Positions 1 to 9,408 of a stretch of DNA of 32,000 nt are shown here, one piece after another. The notes beneath the pieces are model-generated. The model had not been told where the DNA came from and made no database searches. It was given only the letters and a program-made list of their open reading frames with translations. The position numbers and the translations under genes were made by a program. Source of the DNA: Mycoplasmoides pneumoniae FH. Lineage in GTDB: Bacteria; Bacillota_I; Bacilli_A; Mycoplasmatales; Mycoplasmoidaceae. Within the stretch, counting starts at the first letter, position 1. Every line of letters begins with the position of its first letter. The stretch covers positions 662,809 through 694,808 of the forward strand of contig NZ_CP010546.1 in the NCBI RefSeq assembly GCF_001272835.1, in the 5' to 3' direction.

Positions 1-338
1 TCTATGCCAAGTTCGGTTTCGGTGGCTGTTTTAGTGCTAATCATGTCACTAAAAAAGCCCTTCATAATTTGGGAAAAAATAACACCAGAGTTACCGCGTG
101 AGAAAAGTAAAAGGTCACGGGTAAAGCTTTTGCCCAAATCACTAAAGCTCTTAATGTGGCTAATTTCACTCTCTAGTTTTTTGAACGCTTCACTCAACGT
201 GACCTTCATGTTTGTCCCCGTATCACCATCTGGCACCGGGAAAACATTGAGTTGATTAATGTATTCGAAATTATTAGCTATATTCTTACAACCAAGACGC
301 AACATGTCAATAAAGTTGCTTAAATTTACTGTAGACAT
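1..338 (-). CDS. DAK2/DhaL-domain protein, N-terminal part (gene runs off the left edge)
   Basis: Minus-strand ATG at 338-336. The translation is MSTVNLSNFIDMLRLGCKNIANNFEYINQLNVFPVPDGDTGTNMKVTLSEAF...FSRGNSGVIFSQIMKGF. It carries the Dak2/DhaL signatures DGDTGTN and GNSG. It is absent from the ORF track because it is truncated by the window edge. Position matches my memory of MPN547/MG369. Confidence 0.85.
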   Translation of the reverse strand, partial: MSTVNLSNFIDMLRLGCKNIANNFEYINQLNVFPVPDGDTGTNMKVTLSEAFKKLESEISHIKSFSDLGKSFTRDLLLFSRGNSGVIFSQIMKGFFSDMISTKTATETELGI

Positions 339-392
339 ACGAAGTTAAAACCTGTTTTATCTGTGATAAATCGGTTTATATTGCCATTAATT

Positions 393-1373
393 TTAAATTG
401 AAACCCCTTTAATTAAACTAGCAAATCACGGTACTAGTTGGCTTTTAAACTGCCGTTGCGAGTAATTAGCCAGTAAGGGAAATTTCTGCTTATCTAATTG
501 GGCAAAACTTAGATTTGTGGCATGTAAGGCTTGGTGTTTAAAATCGCGGTTACGGTTTTTAAATTGCAGTAATTGGTATTTTCTATCACCAACTAACTGG
601 GTATTCAAGAGGTTTAAGCAAGCACGAATTTGGTGGGTTTTACCACTTACTAAGCGTATAGTAAGCAACGAAAGATCTAACTTAGTTAAGTACTTACTGT
701 TTTCAAAAATGGTGGTAATCGGTTTAGCGTTAGGAAATGGTTTGGCCTTAACTGTTACCAAAGCTTGATAAGCATCTTTCGCTCAATAAGCTTTTTGTGT
801 GCCCTTAAAATTAAATGGGCCAAACACTAATCCTTGGTATTGTTTCATTAACAAGTTATGGCGAAAAACCGCCTCTAACTCCTGTAATGCCTGGTTGGTT
901 TTAGCACCTATTACCAAACCACAGGTATTACGATCAATTCGGTGCGCAAACCGTGGTATGAAGCTAAGACTGTTTTTAAAGTATTGATTATAACCACAGT
1001 GTTTCAGTAAGCTGTTAGCTAAATTAAACAGTTCGTGTTTAGCATCGGGTTGACACACTACACCCGCTGGTTTGTCCACCACAATGAGCTGTTCATCCTC
1101 AAAGATTACCTGCAAATCATCTTGGACTTGGGTTAAATCCACTACTTCGCTGTGGTTGTGTAAGTAAGGTTCAATTGCAAACTGAAAAACGATTGTATCA
1201 CCGCTGCTAACACGCTGACCTAATTTAGCCTTCGTGTTATTGAGCAAGACCTTACCTAAGCGCAACAATTTAAAGAACTGACTTAGCTTAATGTTGGGCA
1301 ACAACTTTAAACAAAACTTTTCAATCCTAACGTTTTCAACAGCTTTAGGCACTACAAACTTAGCTGTTGACAT
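393..1373 (-). CDS. RluA/RluD-family 23S rRNA pseudouridine synthase
   Basis: Track ORFs 783..1373 and 426..761 share a frame and are joined by TGA(Trp) at 783-785. A second TGA at 426-428 extends the ORF to TAA at 393-395. ATG at 1373-1371. Catalytic loop HRIDRNTCG and GKTHQIR motif are present, with an S4-like N-terminus. Confidence 0.9.
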
Positions 1374-2337
1374 GCTTTTGTTTGGCTAAAAAGTCATCCA
1401 TAATTTCCACTAACTTCATAAACTGACGCTTGTCATCCAACACAAAGGCAGCAGCATACTTGTGCCCACCACCACCAAACATTTGCGCAAAGTTATTAAT
1501 CGGAATTGAGCGTGAACGAATGGAACCAATTCACTTCTTAATGTCTTCGTTAAAGTAACAAGTCGTCCAAATTTTGACTCCTTTGATGTTGTTTAAAGCG
1601 TGCACCATCGGTAGTGGTGAGACCACCCCAAACTGCTTATAAGTCCCTTTTTTAAGAAGTGCGTAAGCCAAACCATTCGGGGTGATCTTGGCTTTGTTTA
1701 AGACATAGCTAAAGTACTTGTGTTCTAAAAGTGGTTTTAGATAAACTGCATCATGAACCTTATTGCGGTTAAATCCAGTTTCTAGTAACTTAGCAGTTAA
1801 AGCAAAGGTTTGTGGGGTGGTAGCGGAACTGGAAAAGCGCTGTGTATCGGTAATAATACCCGCATAAATGTAAGCAGCCATCTCAGCATTAAGTTCATAA
1901 CCCATTTGCAAGATTAAGTAACCGACCATTTCTGCTGCTGCTGAAAAAGCCGGGTCAATCCATTCCAGATCAGCAAAACTCTCGGTTTTAGGATGGTGAT
2001 CAATCCGCACGGTTTCTTTAGCTAATTTATGTTTTTGGGTTAATACTCGTTCTTGGTTGGAGGTGTCAAAGATAATTGCCAATGAGTTTTTTACAAACGC
2101 ATCATCAATAGGTGCCGCTTCAAAGGGGAACAAATCTTTCCCGTCAGCCTTAATGTTGTGTGATCCCATCACGTAAGCCTTTTTATGGGGGAAGTAAACC
2201 GCTAAAAAGGCCTTAAAGGCAAAAGCAGCGCCAAAGGCATCAAAGTCCGGGTTTACATGCACATATAACGAAAAGTTATCGAATGTCTTGAGTTTATTAG
2301 TTAGGTTATGAATAAAATGGGGATCGATGTTAATCAT
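1360..2337 (-). CDS. nrnA: DHH/DHHA1 phosphoesterase (nanoRNase / pAp phosphatase NrnA type)
   Basis: Track ORF 1531..2364 continues through TGA at 1531-1533 to TAA at 1360-1362. Motifs present: NPDFDAFG (DHH I/II), DTS, IDHH, and GGGGH (DHHA1). I prefer ATG 2337-2335 (MINIDPHF...) because it forms an ATGATTAA overlap with the thiI stop. The track start at 2364 would lie inside thiI. Confidence 0.85.
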
Positions 2338-3493
2338 TTTGCAGCTTCTTGACACCAGCTTCAATTAGTTCACGGACAAACAAAAGTTCACTCTCAAGCT
2401 TTTCAACGATCGCTAACTTAGCCTTAGTAGTTGGTTTTTTGGGAGCAAACACAGTACAGGTATCCATATGGTGCTCAATTGAAGTTTCAAAGGTACCCAG
2501 TGCCTTAGCTCATTCAATTATTTTATCTTTACTTAAGCCTATTAACGGGCGAATCACAAAGGTATTGGGCACAACAGCTTGGATTACCTTCAAATTATCA
2601 ATTGTTTGTGAAGCTACTTGTCCCAATGCTTCCCCGGTGATTAAACAATCATATTTAAACAAACTAGCAATCTTGTAAAAGCAACGGCGCATTAAAACAA
2701 TCCGGTATCCTTCCAGACTAATATGACTCAACTCTTTCTGTAAATCGGTAAAGTCAAAGACAAACAGTCTCCCAGTACAAAGCGTTTGGTTAAGGGAAAC
2801 TAAGTTAGCTAACCGTTGAATTTTGCCTATTGTGGCAGCGTTATGTCCGGGCTCATTAATAAAAGTAATAAAGTCAACATTAAAACCTCGTTGTAAAACT
2901 AGGGAAGCGGCTACTGGACTGTCTATGCCACCAGACAGTAACGCCAAAGCAGTACCACTAGTAAAGACCGGTAGACCACCAATACCATTAAAGCTTTCAC
3001 TAATTATTAGGAAATGTTCCTTAGTTACTTCGACATGCACCGTAATGGCAGGGTCAACTAACTTACCCTTCAATTGGTATTTTTCCCATAACTGTAAAGC
3101 TAGGTACTTTTTGAAGGCACTGGAATTGCAAGCAAATAATTTATCACGCCGTCTTACCTCAATTTTGAACGATGGGTGGGATTGTACCACTTGCTGTAGC
3201 AGTGCTAACAATTGCGCTTCATCATGAGGGATTTGTAAGGCAAACAAGCAAACACTCAAACCCGGTAATCTGGTAAAGAGATTTTTTAATAACGATCTTT
3301 GGGTGGAAATTACTTCACCCACTACCAACATGTCAAACTGGTAGTCAACTGGGTTAGTAATGCTTAGTTTCTTAAAGGCTTGTTTAACGTTCTTTTTGAG
3401 TTGTTTGACAAACTGCAAGCGGTTCTTGCCCTTTAAAACAAGTTCGCCATAACGGCAGATTAGAATAGTATTTGGTTCATTATGCAATCCCAT
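2330..3493 (-). CDS. thiI: tRNA 4-thiouridine synthase ThiI
   Basis: Track ORF 2510..3493 continues through TGA at 2510-2512 to TAA at 2330-2332, giving 387 aa. PP-loop SGGIDSPVA is present, with THUMP-like N-terminal half (ICRYGELVLKGKNR). Confidence 0.92.
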
Positions 3494-4325
3494 TTTCCCT
3501 CAGTCACTCCCAGTCTTGTGAGGTTAATTGTGGACTTTTACCAGTACGAATAAAACTGTTGTACCACAGCTGTGCTTTATTAGTTAAAACTTCAAAGGCC
3601 TTGCGATCAATTTGTACTGGTACCAAACGGATGTCGCGTTGCTTTGCTTCAAACCATTCGGGATGCACATAGTCTTGTGGTTCTAAAAAAGCAATCGCAA
3701 ACATTCCTTTGGTAATATTGCGCAAGTACAAATACAACCCAATTTGGCAATAGTAAGCCGGGCTAATCACGATTTTGCCGTTACTGTCAAACCAACTATC
3801 TTTCTTTCCGTTAATCTTTTTGACAATCGGCATGCCGTTTTCATCAAACACAATTTTGAGGTTACCGTTAATCTTTTTATAGACCAAAGAATCACAGGAA
3901 GTGGTTTTAATTTCTAACATCGGCGCATTGGTATCGTAAGCCAATTTTCCATAAACATCGACCGGTTCCCCATCAGGAATTCCTCCAAAAACTGGATTTT
4001 CAGGAAAGAGATCCCACTTAACCTCCTTGGGATCATACGAATGGAAATTAAAACCAGTTTTAGCTATCACATAATCACGGATTTTGGGTTCAATAACTTG
4101 CCCCGCGCGTGAGAGTGTTTCATCAAATTCATCCTCATAAATCTTGACCATGTTAGCTCAAGTTTTAAGTGAAGTTTCATACTCAGAAATACCTATTACT
4201 TTACCAAATCGGGTACCGGTAATCTTGCGAAAACTACCTTTATGTTTTTGAAAATAGTTGTTTGACAAAACTATTTGGTTGTCAATAATATCAAAATCGA
4301 TTTTGTACTGTTTGGTAAATCCCAT
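3480..4325 (-). CDS. YqaJ / lambda-exonuclease-like PD-(D/E)XK nuclease (conserved mycoplasma protein)
   Basis: Track ORF 3504..4151 extends both ways through TGA codons at 4158-4160 and 3504-3506. True ATG at 4325-4323, TAA at 3480-3482, 281 aa. The pattern matches the YqaJ family: ITGTRFGKVIG...AGQVIEPKIRDYV, then GGIPDGEPVD...LEIKTT (D...ExK), then YYCQIGLYLYL. The product call is inference from these motifs. Confidence 0.7.
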
Positions 4326-4331
4326 AAATCA

Positions 4332-5141
4332 TTACAAGAGTTGTGCACAAAGCTTTTGTAACACATCAGGAATGTCCTGCACTGTTAAACCTTCATTGTT
4401 CTGTTTCTTGATGAAAACAGCACTAGCTAACTGCTCACTGTTTTGCACCAAAGTTTCATCTAAGTTAATGTAGTGCACATCTTTAAGCATTAAGCCTTGG
4501 GTCTTAGTGTATTTTTCCAGTGCATTAAATTTAGTTACTTTATTACTTGTAAACAACAGGTTATTGGGATAGAAATTGCTGTGGGTAAAGCGTGGTTGAC
4601 CACTAGCAATTTGGTCAATAAAAGCTAAGTCCATGTGGTATTGGGGACTAAAGACGTAGATAGAACTGAGTTCCAATTTACCGAGTTGTTTTAAAAAGTT
4701 TTCGTACTTTAAGGTTTGTTCAAAGTCCGTTAACCACAGCGACTTAAAGTCCTTGTACTTTTGTAGTGAAATGAAATAGTTAGCTGATAAATTAGCGGTA
4801 TCATCAACGCGGCTTTTACCCATGGTAAAGATCCCGGAATTGGTAATCACAGCGTGGTGGATAATGACATTAATACTAGCGAGGTCTAAAAAGGCTTGAT
4901 AGTCATACTGATTGGTTTTGCAAAACCAGGTAATGGCACCTGATTCCGCAATTACATCAACGTTGTTGAGTGAAAGTAAATCTAACAGATACACAATTGT
5001 TTGCTGTCAGCAACTCGAAATAAAAACGAGCTGGTGCTTTTCTTGTGCCTTATTGAAAAAATCCTTTCAAATTGCTAGGTCGTTAGCAGCGTCAAAGAAG
5101 TTAGCTGGATTAATATCTAGAGCAACAATCTTTCTATCCAT
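4332..5141 (-). CDS. conserved hypothetical protein, possibly a degenerate Cof/HAD-IIB-like fold
   Basis: The track ORF 4332..4994 start is a GTG. The frame stays open upstream through TGA at 5007-5009 and 5067-5069 to ATG 5141-5139, which overlaps the thrS stop by 8 nt. TAA at 4332-4334, 269 aa. MDRKIVALDINPANFF / FISSC / IAESGA / YINLDET loosely resemble HAD motifs I-III but lack the DxD pair. Confidence 0.6.
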
Positions 5142-6828
5142 CCTTACGCACTTTTTTGACAAAGTTAGCTCAATACAGTTTCTGTACCTTCTCACCTTTA
5201 AAGCCACGACAAGTTATTCGAGTAAGATCCTGCATCTCCTTATCGCCGACAATAATTTGCAGTGGAATCTTGTTAACAATGGCTGTGCGAACTTTTTTGC
5301 CCAAACGATCTTCGCTCTCATCTAGGCTGACCCTAATGTTTTCCTTTAACAATTTTTGGTACAGTTTTTTGGCAGCCTTTTCGTGTTTATCGATGTTAAC
5401 CGGAATCACCACTACTTGTACTGGTGCCATTCACAACGGTAGATTGCCATGAGTTTTTTCCAATAAAGCAGCAATAAAACGCTCGTACGTACCGACTATG
5501 CCAACGTGAATAATTACGGGAGTTTGAGCATTGCTCTGCTCATCAAAGTAACGCAATTCAAAGCGTTCTGGCAGTAAAAAATCCAGTTGAATAGTGGCAA
5601 TGGTAATCATCTTATTGAGTGCCGTTTTAAACTGAAAGTCAATTTTAGGTCCATAAAAAGCAGCTGCACCCACATCAATTTTATAGGGCACATTTAACTC
5701 CTTAAACACGCTTTCAATTTGGCTTTCTGAGTTAGCTCATAACTGATCGTTGTCAATGAATTTGGCCTTGTTATTAGGATCGTGTAAGGCCAAGTCAATT
5801 CGGTCAAAGCTAAAACCAAACTTGTTGTTGACCGTTTGGATTAACTTAAAGGCATTTTTAATCTCAGCTTTAATTTGGTCAGTACGACAAAAGATGTGGT
5901 TGTCGAGCAGTGTCATGCACCTTACCCGTTCCAAACCAGTAAGCCCACCCGATGCTTCAAAGCGGTGCAAGATGGAATCCTCACAGAAGCGTTGTGGTAA
6001 CTCTTTGTAAGAGCGGCGTTTGTGCTTGAAAATCAAACAGTGGTGCGGACAGGTCATTGGCCGGAGCATCATCATTTGGTTTTCTAATTTGACAGAGGGG
6101 AACATGTCCTCACTATAGTGCACATAGTGACCACTAATCTTGTACAGCTCTAAGTTAGCTAATACTGGTGAAGATACCGTTTTAAAACCAAACATTAACT
6201 GTTGGTAGTGGACAAAATCACCAATAATCTTTTTTAAAACTGCTCCCTTTTCCAATCAAATCGGAAAGCCTGCACCGACTAAGGGATCAAAGGTAAAGAT
6301 CTCTAAACGCTTACCAATAGCACGGTGATCATTTTGGTATTTTTGTTCATTAGCCGCAATAAGACTTTTAAGCTGTTCTTTAGAGGCTGCAAAAATTCCC
6401 ACAAGCCTTTGTAGTTGTGGTTTTGTGGGATCACCTAAAAAATAGTTGGCACTAACATTGAGCAGTTTCACAAAGCCCTGTTTGGGTAATGGCAACACTA
6501 AATCATGCACCCAAAATGTTTGTTCATTTACGGTGGTAACTACAAGGCTGTTGCTTTCTATACTTTCAATAAGCGTGGTTGTAAACGGATCAGCTTGAAA
6601 AAATTTGAGTGATTTTGTCTTATCAATTTTTGTCTGAACAACATTATTTAACTGATTAAAATAAGCATTTAAGTCCTGTTCGAGCTGTTCAAACTCTTTA
6701 ATGGAAAAGCTCTTTTCCACCTTAAAGTCAAGGTAAAACTCGCCTTCTTGTACCCCGTAACTACCAAACTGTACTTGAGGATAGTTAGCTTTTAATCAGC
6801 TTTGTAATAAAAGAACACCAGCTAGCAT
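5134..6828 (-). CDS. thrS: threonine--tRNA ligase
   Basis: Four track ORFs (6256..6720, 5737..6255, 5431..5709, 5170..5430) are in one frame. They are separated only by TGA at 6256, 5737, 5431 and 5170, with another at 6796. ATG 6828-6826, TAG 5134-5136, 564 aa. Class II motifs present: HRFEASGGLTGLERVRCMTLLDNHIF, FYGPKIDF, GTYERFIAALLE. Confidence 0.95.
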
Positions 6829-7142
6829 TAGATCTCTTTGTAATCGATAACTATTTCGTTTTTCGGATTGAAAATCTTGACAATTTCAATTGTGGTCTTT
6901 CAAATTTCACTCTTACGCTCTAAATAAGTGCGCAAAATGCCTTCAATACTAATGGTCTTGTACTTCTTGGTGTGTTTCTCCAATTCGTAAGCCAGTTGAC
7001 CATTGGCATAAATGACGTAATAGTCAGTAAATAAACGCTCGCCAAAAAAGCGCATTTGCTTAATGGTTACTAAAAATCCAGTTTTTTTAACGCTTCAGCA
7101 CGAACTTTCTATCTCACCCTCCAAAAAAACGCGGTTAAGCAT
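6828..7142 (-). CDS. small OB-fold, SSB-like protein
   Basis: Not in the track because it is interrupted by two TGA codons. ATG 7142-7140, TAA 6830-6828 (TAATG overlap with the thrS start), 104 aa. Translation: MLNRVFLEGEIESSCWSVKKTGFLVTIKQMRFFGERLFTDYYVIYANGQLAYELEKHTKKYKTISIEGILRTYLERKSEIWKTTIEIVKIFNP... The N-terminus resembles SSB/PriB (NRVxLxG). I recall the M. pneumoniae ortholog (MPN554) being described structurally as an ssDNA-binding protein. Confidence 0.75.
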
Positions 7143-7143
7143 A

Positions 7144-7725
7144 TTAGTTTGGTAATTGTCCAGTTAAGTTAAAGTGAAATTTAAAGTGGTTGATGGTTTC
7201 TAACACCATGCGCTCTTCTAGCAAGGCTGTACGCACACCCTCAAACTTTTGTTTATCATCCAAGTATTCGCGCACACTTTGATTGGTTTTTTCGTAATAA
7301 AGACTAATTACATTCTTCACCACTTCATCAGTGATTTCCACTTTCCATTCTTTTTGGAGGTGGTTAAACACTAAAGCCTTCTTAATAATTTTTTCAGCAA
7401 TTGCTTGCACGGTGTTGTCCTCAGCGCCCTGAATCACATCACGCTTTAGACCTTCCATGACATTCTTCAATTCAGCTTCATCGATGTTGAATTCAAAGTA
7501 ACCCACAATAGCATTCATGGCACAGGAAAAGAGGTTGTCCTTAATGACAATGTGCGTTAGTTCATGATAAAGCGCACTTTCCTTAGCGTCCTTAAAGGAA
7601 GCTAAGATCCGTTGGCGGTGTTGTTCAATAAAAGCAGGGTCAGCAAAGATGCGTTCTACTTCAATTACCTTATCGTACTGAATTGGTTTAACTAGTTTAG
7701 CGGTTGATTTAAGATTTGTAGCCAT
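7144..7725 (-). CDS. conserved hypothetical protein (recalled as a trigger-factor C-domain/SurA-like putative chaperone)
   Basis: Intact 193-aa ORF, ATG 7725-7723, TAA 7144-7146, one nt upstream of the next start. I can verify no motif by eye. The functional label rests on locus position and my memory of the MPN555 crystal structure. Confidence 0.7.
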   Translation of the reverse strand: MATNLKSTAKLVKPIQYDKVIEVERIFADPAFIEQHRQRILASFKDAKESALYHELTHIVIKDNLFSCAMNAIVGYFEFNIDEAELKNVMEGLKRDVIQGAEDNTVQAIAEKIIKKALVFNHLQKEWKVEITDEVVKNVISLYYEKTNQSVREYLDDKQKFEGVRTALLEERMVLETINHFKFHFNLTGQLPN

Positions 7726-7767
7726 ATTTAATATCGTTTAAATTGTAATTCTTAAACCAACGCCCTT

Positions 7768-9381
7768 TTACATTTGTTGTGGTGCAGTAATGTTTAAGAT
7801 TTGCAATAGCTGACCAAAAACATGGTGCAATGATTGCAGTAAAAGTAAGCGTTGCTGGGTTAAATTGTACTGCGCTGGATCGTTAATTTTGCAAGCCTTA
7901 TACCAAGAATGAAACAAGGTAGCTGTCTCGTATAAGTAATTAGTTAAGAGGTGCAGTTCATGGCTAACCTGAACTTTTTCCAGTAAGCTCTTAAAGTACA
8001 CTAACTGGTCTAGTAAAGCAATTTCCTTTTCATGCGTTAATAAGCTGCAGTCATTTACTTGAGCTAGTGCTGCTTGATCCACTACCTTTAATACACTGCA
8101 CATTCTGGCATACGCATATTGCACGTAATAAACCGGATTGGAAGAGTTTTGCAGGTTAGCAGTGTCCAAATCAATCTTGATAATCGAGTTGTTGGTTTGC
8201 GACAACATAAACCAACGCGCCGCATCCTCACTGAGCATTTGCAACATTTGCTTAATGGTAATAACGTTGCCAGCACGTTTGGACAATCTGACTATTTCCT
8301 TATTCTTGTACAGCATTACCAACTGTAAGGCAGTAATTTTGAGCTGGCATTTTTGGTGAATCTTTAGTCCCTCATAAACACAGTGCATCCGTTTAATGTG
8401 CCCTTCATGATCACTGCCCCAAATGTCGTATAAGAGGTCAAAGCCCCGCGCAGCCTTGTCTAAGTGGTAAGCGACATCGGTACCAAAGTAAGAAGGCCGA
8501 TTGTCTTGACGCACTAACACCCGGTCCTTATCATCACCATAGAGCGTAGTCTTCAATCAAATGGCACCATCCTTTTCATAGTGCGCTTCGTCCTTAAACT
8601 GGGTTAACAGTTTTTTGTAATCTGTTTCCTTAACCACTTGACTTTCAAACTTCCAGCTGTCAAAGTGAATGTGGATTGTAGCTAAGTCTTGCTTAATTAC
8701 TTCCAAGACTTTGGCAGTACAGTCAGCTAGTAACTGGTCCAGAAAGGGTTGTTGTAAAAACTCTTCAAAGCTGATGTTATCTAAAGGAATACCGGTAATA
8801 GTTTTGGCAATACTGTCCACTAGCTCCCCCTCATAACCATCAGGGTGAGGAGTGACCTTAATGTTTTGTTGTAAGTGGAGTGCTTGGTACACACTAAAAC
8901 CAAACACCCGTGCTTGTTGACCATAGTCATTGACCCAGTATTCCCGAACTGTTTGAAAGCCTAAAAAAACCATCAGGTTATTGAGTACATGACCAAAGAA
9001 GGCATTGCGGACATGACCTAAGTGCAACTCACCCGTGGGGTTAGCCGACACCCATTCAATTAGAACCTTAGTTGGTTTAGGGGCAAAAGTAGGTTTGGTT
9101 TTTAAAAAATCGAGGTATTTTTGAGGGCTAATTTCAAAGTTAATGAAGTTGTTATTAGCGACAAACACACGGCGGTAATGCGCCTTTTTGTGTTTTAACA
9201 ACCAAGCAGCAATCTGTTGGGCGGTTTCCTTTTGATTTACACCCTTTAAGTGGAACACAACGGTGGAAGCAAAACCACTAAAGCTGTTGTTTTTAACAAG
9301 TTTGACTAACTCTTTGTGCTCATCAAATTCTAGATTCAAAGCGTTAAGACATTCTTGAAGATCTGTGTTAATGAAAAGCAT
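7768..9381 (-). CDS. argS: arginine--tRNA ligase
   Basis: Track ORFs 8557..9381 and 7768..8556 are joined by TGA at 8557-8559. ATG 9381-9379, TAA 7768-7770, 537 aa. Class I HIGH motif present (ANPTGELHLGHVRNA). Confidence 0.95.
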
Positions 9382-9388
9382 TACTTAA

Positions 9389-9396
9389 ATTATATT
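9389..9396. promoter_or_regulatory. overlapping divergent -10 boxes in the 27-bp argS/mnmG spacer
   Basis: TATAAT is on the minus strand (9394->9389), 7 nt from the argS ATG (9381). TATATT is on the plus strand (9391-9396), 12 nt from the mnmG ATG (9409). Based on pattern only. Confidence 0.3.
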
Positions 9397-9408
9397 TAAC
9401 CTTGCAAA

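Noticed and set aside
2349-3227. Sizeable ORFs antisense to real genes: 2349..2678, 2823..3227, 4912..5325, 11933..12289, 12675..13040, 14205..14561, 22174..22545, 27786..28052 and others.
   Set aside because: They lie entirely opposite strongly supported conserved genes. Their composition is low-complexity and biased (Ser/Leu/Cys-rich) and they have no recognisable motifs. They are typical shadow ORFs.
5134-6828. Many adjacent ORF fragments in the track (thrS in 4 pieces, glyA in 3, P200 in 3 plus gaps, udk, pepA, era, argS and others) looked like a field of pseudogenes.
   Set aside because: In every case except adh and the ABC exporter, the fragments are in the same frame and are separated only by TGA at positions where homologs have Trp. 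This is genetic code 4, not gene decay. Several track 'M' starts are internal GTG or TTG codons.
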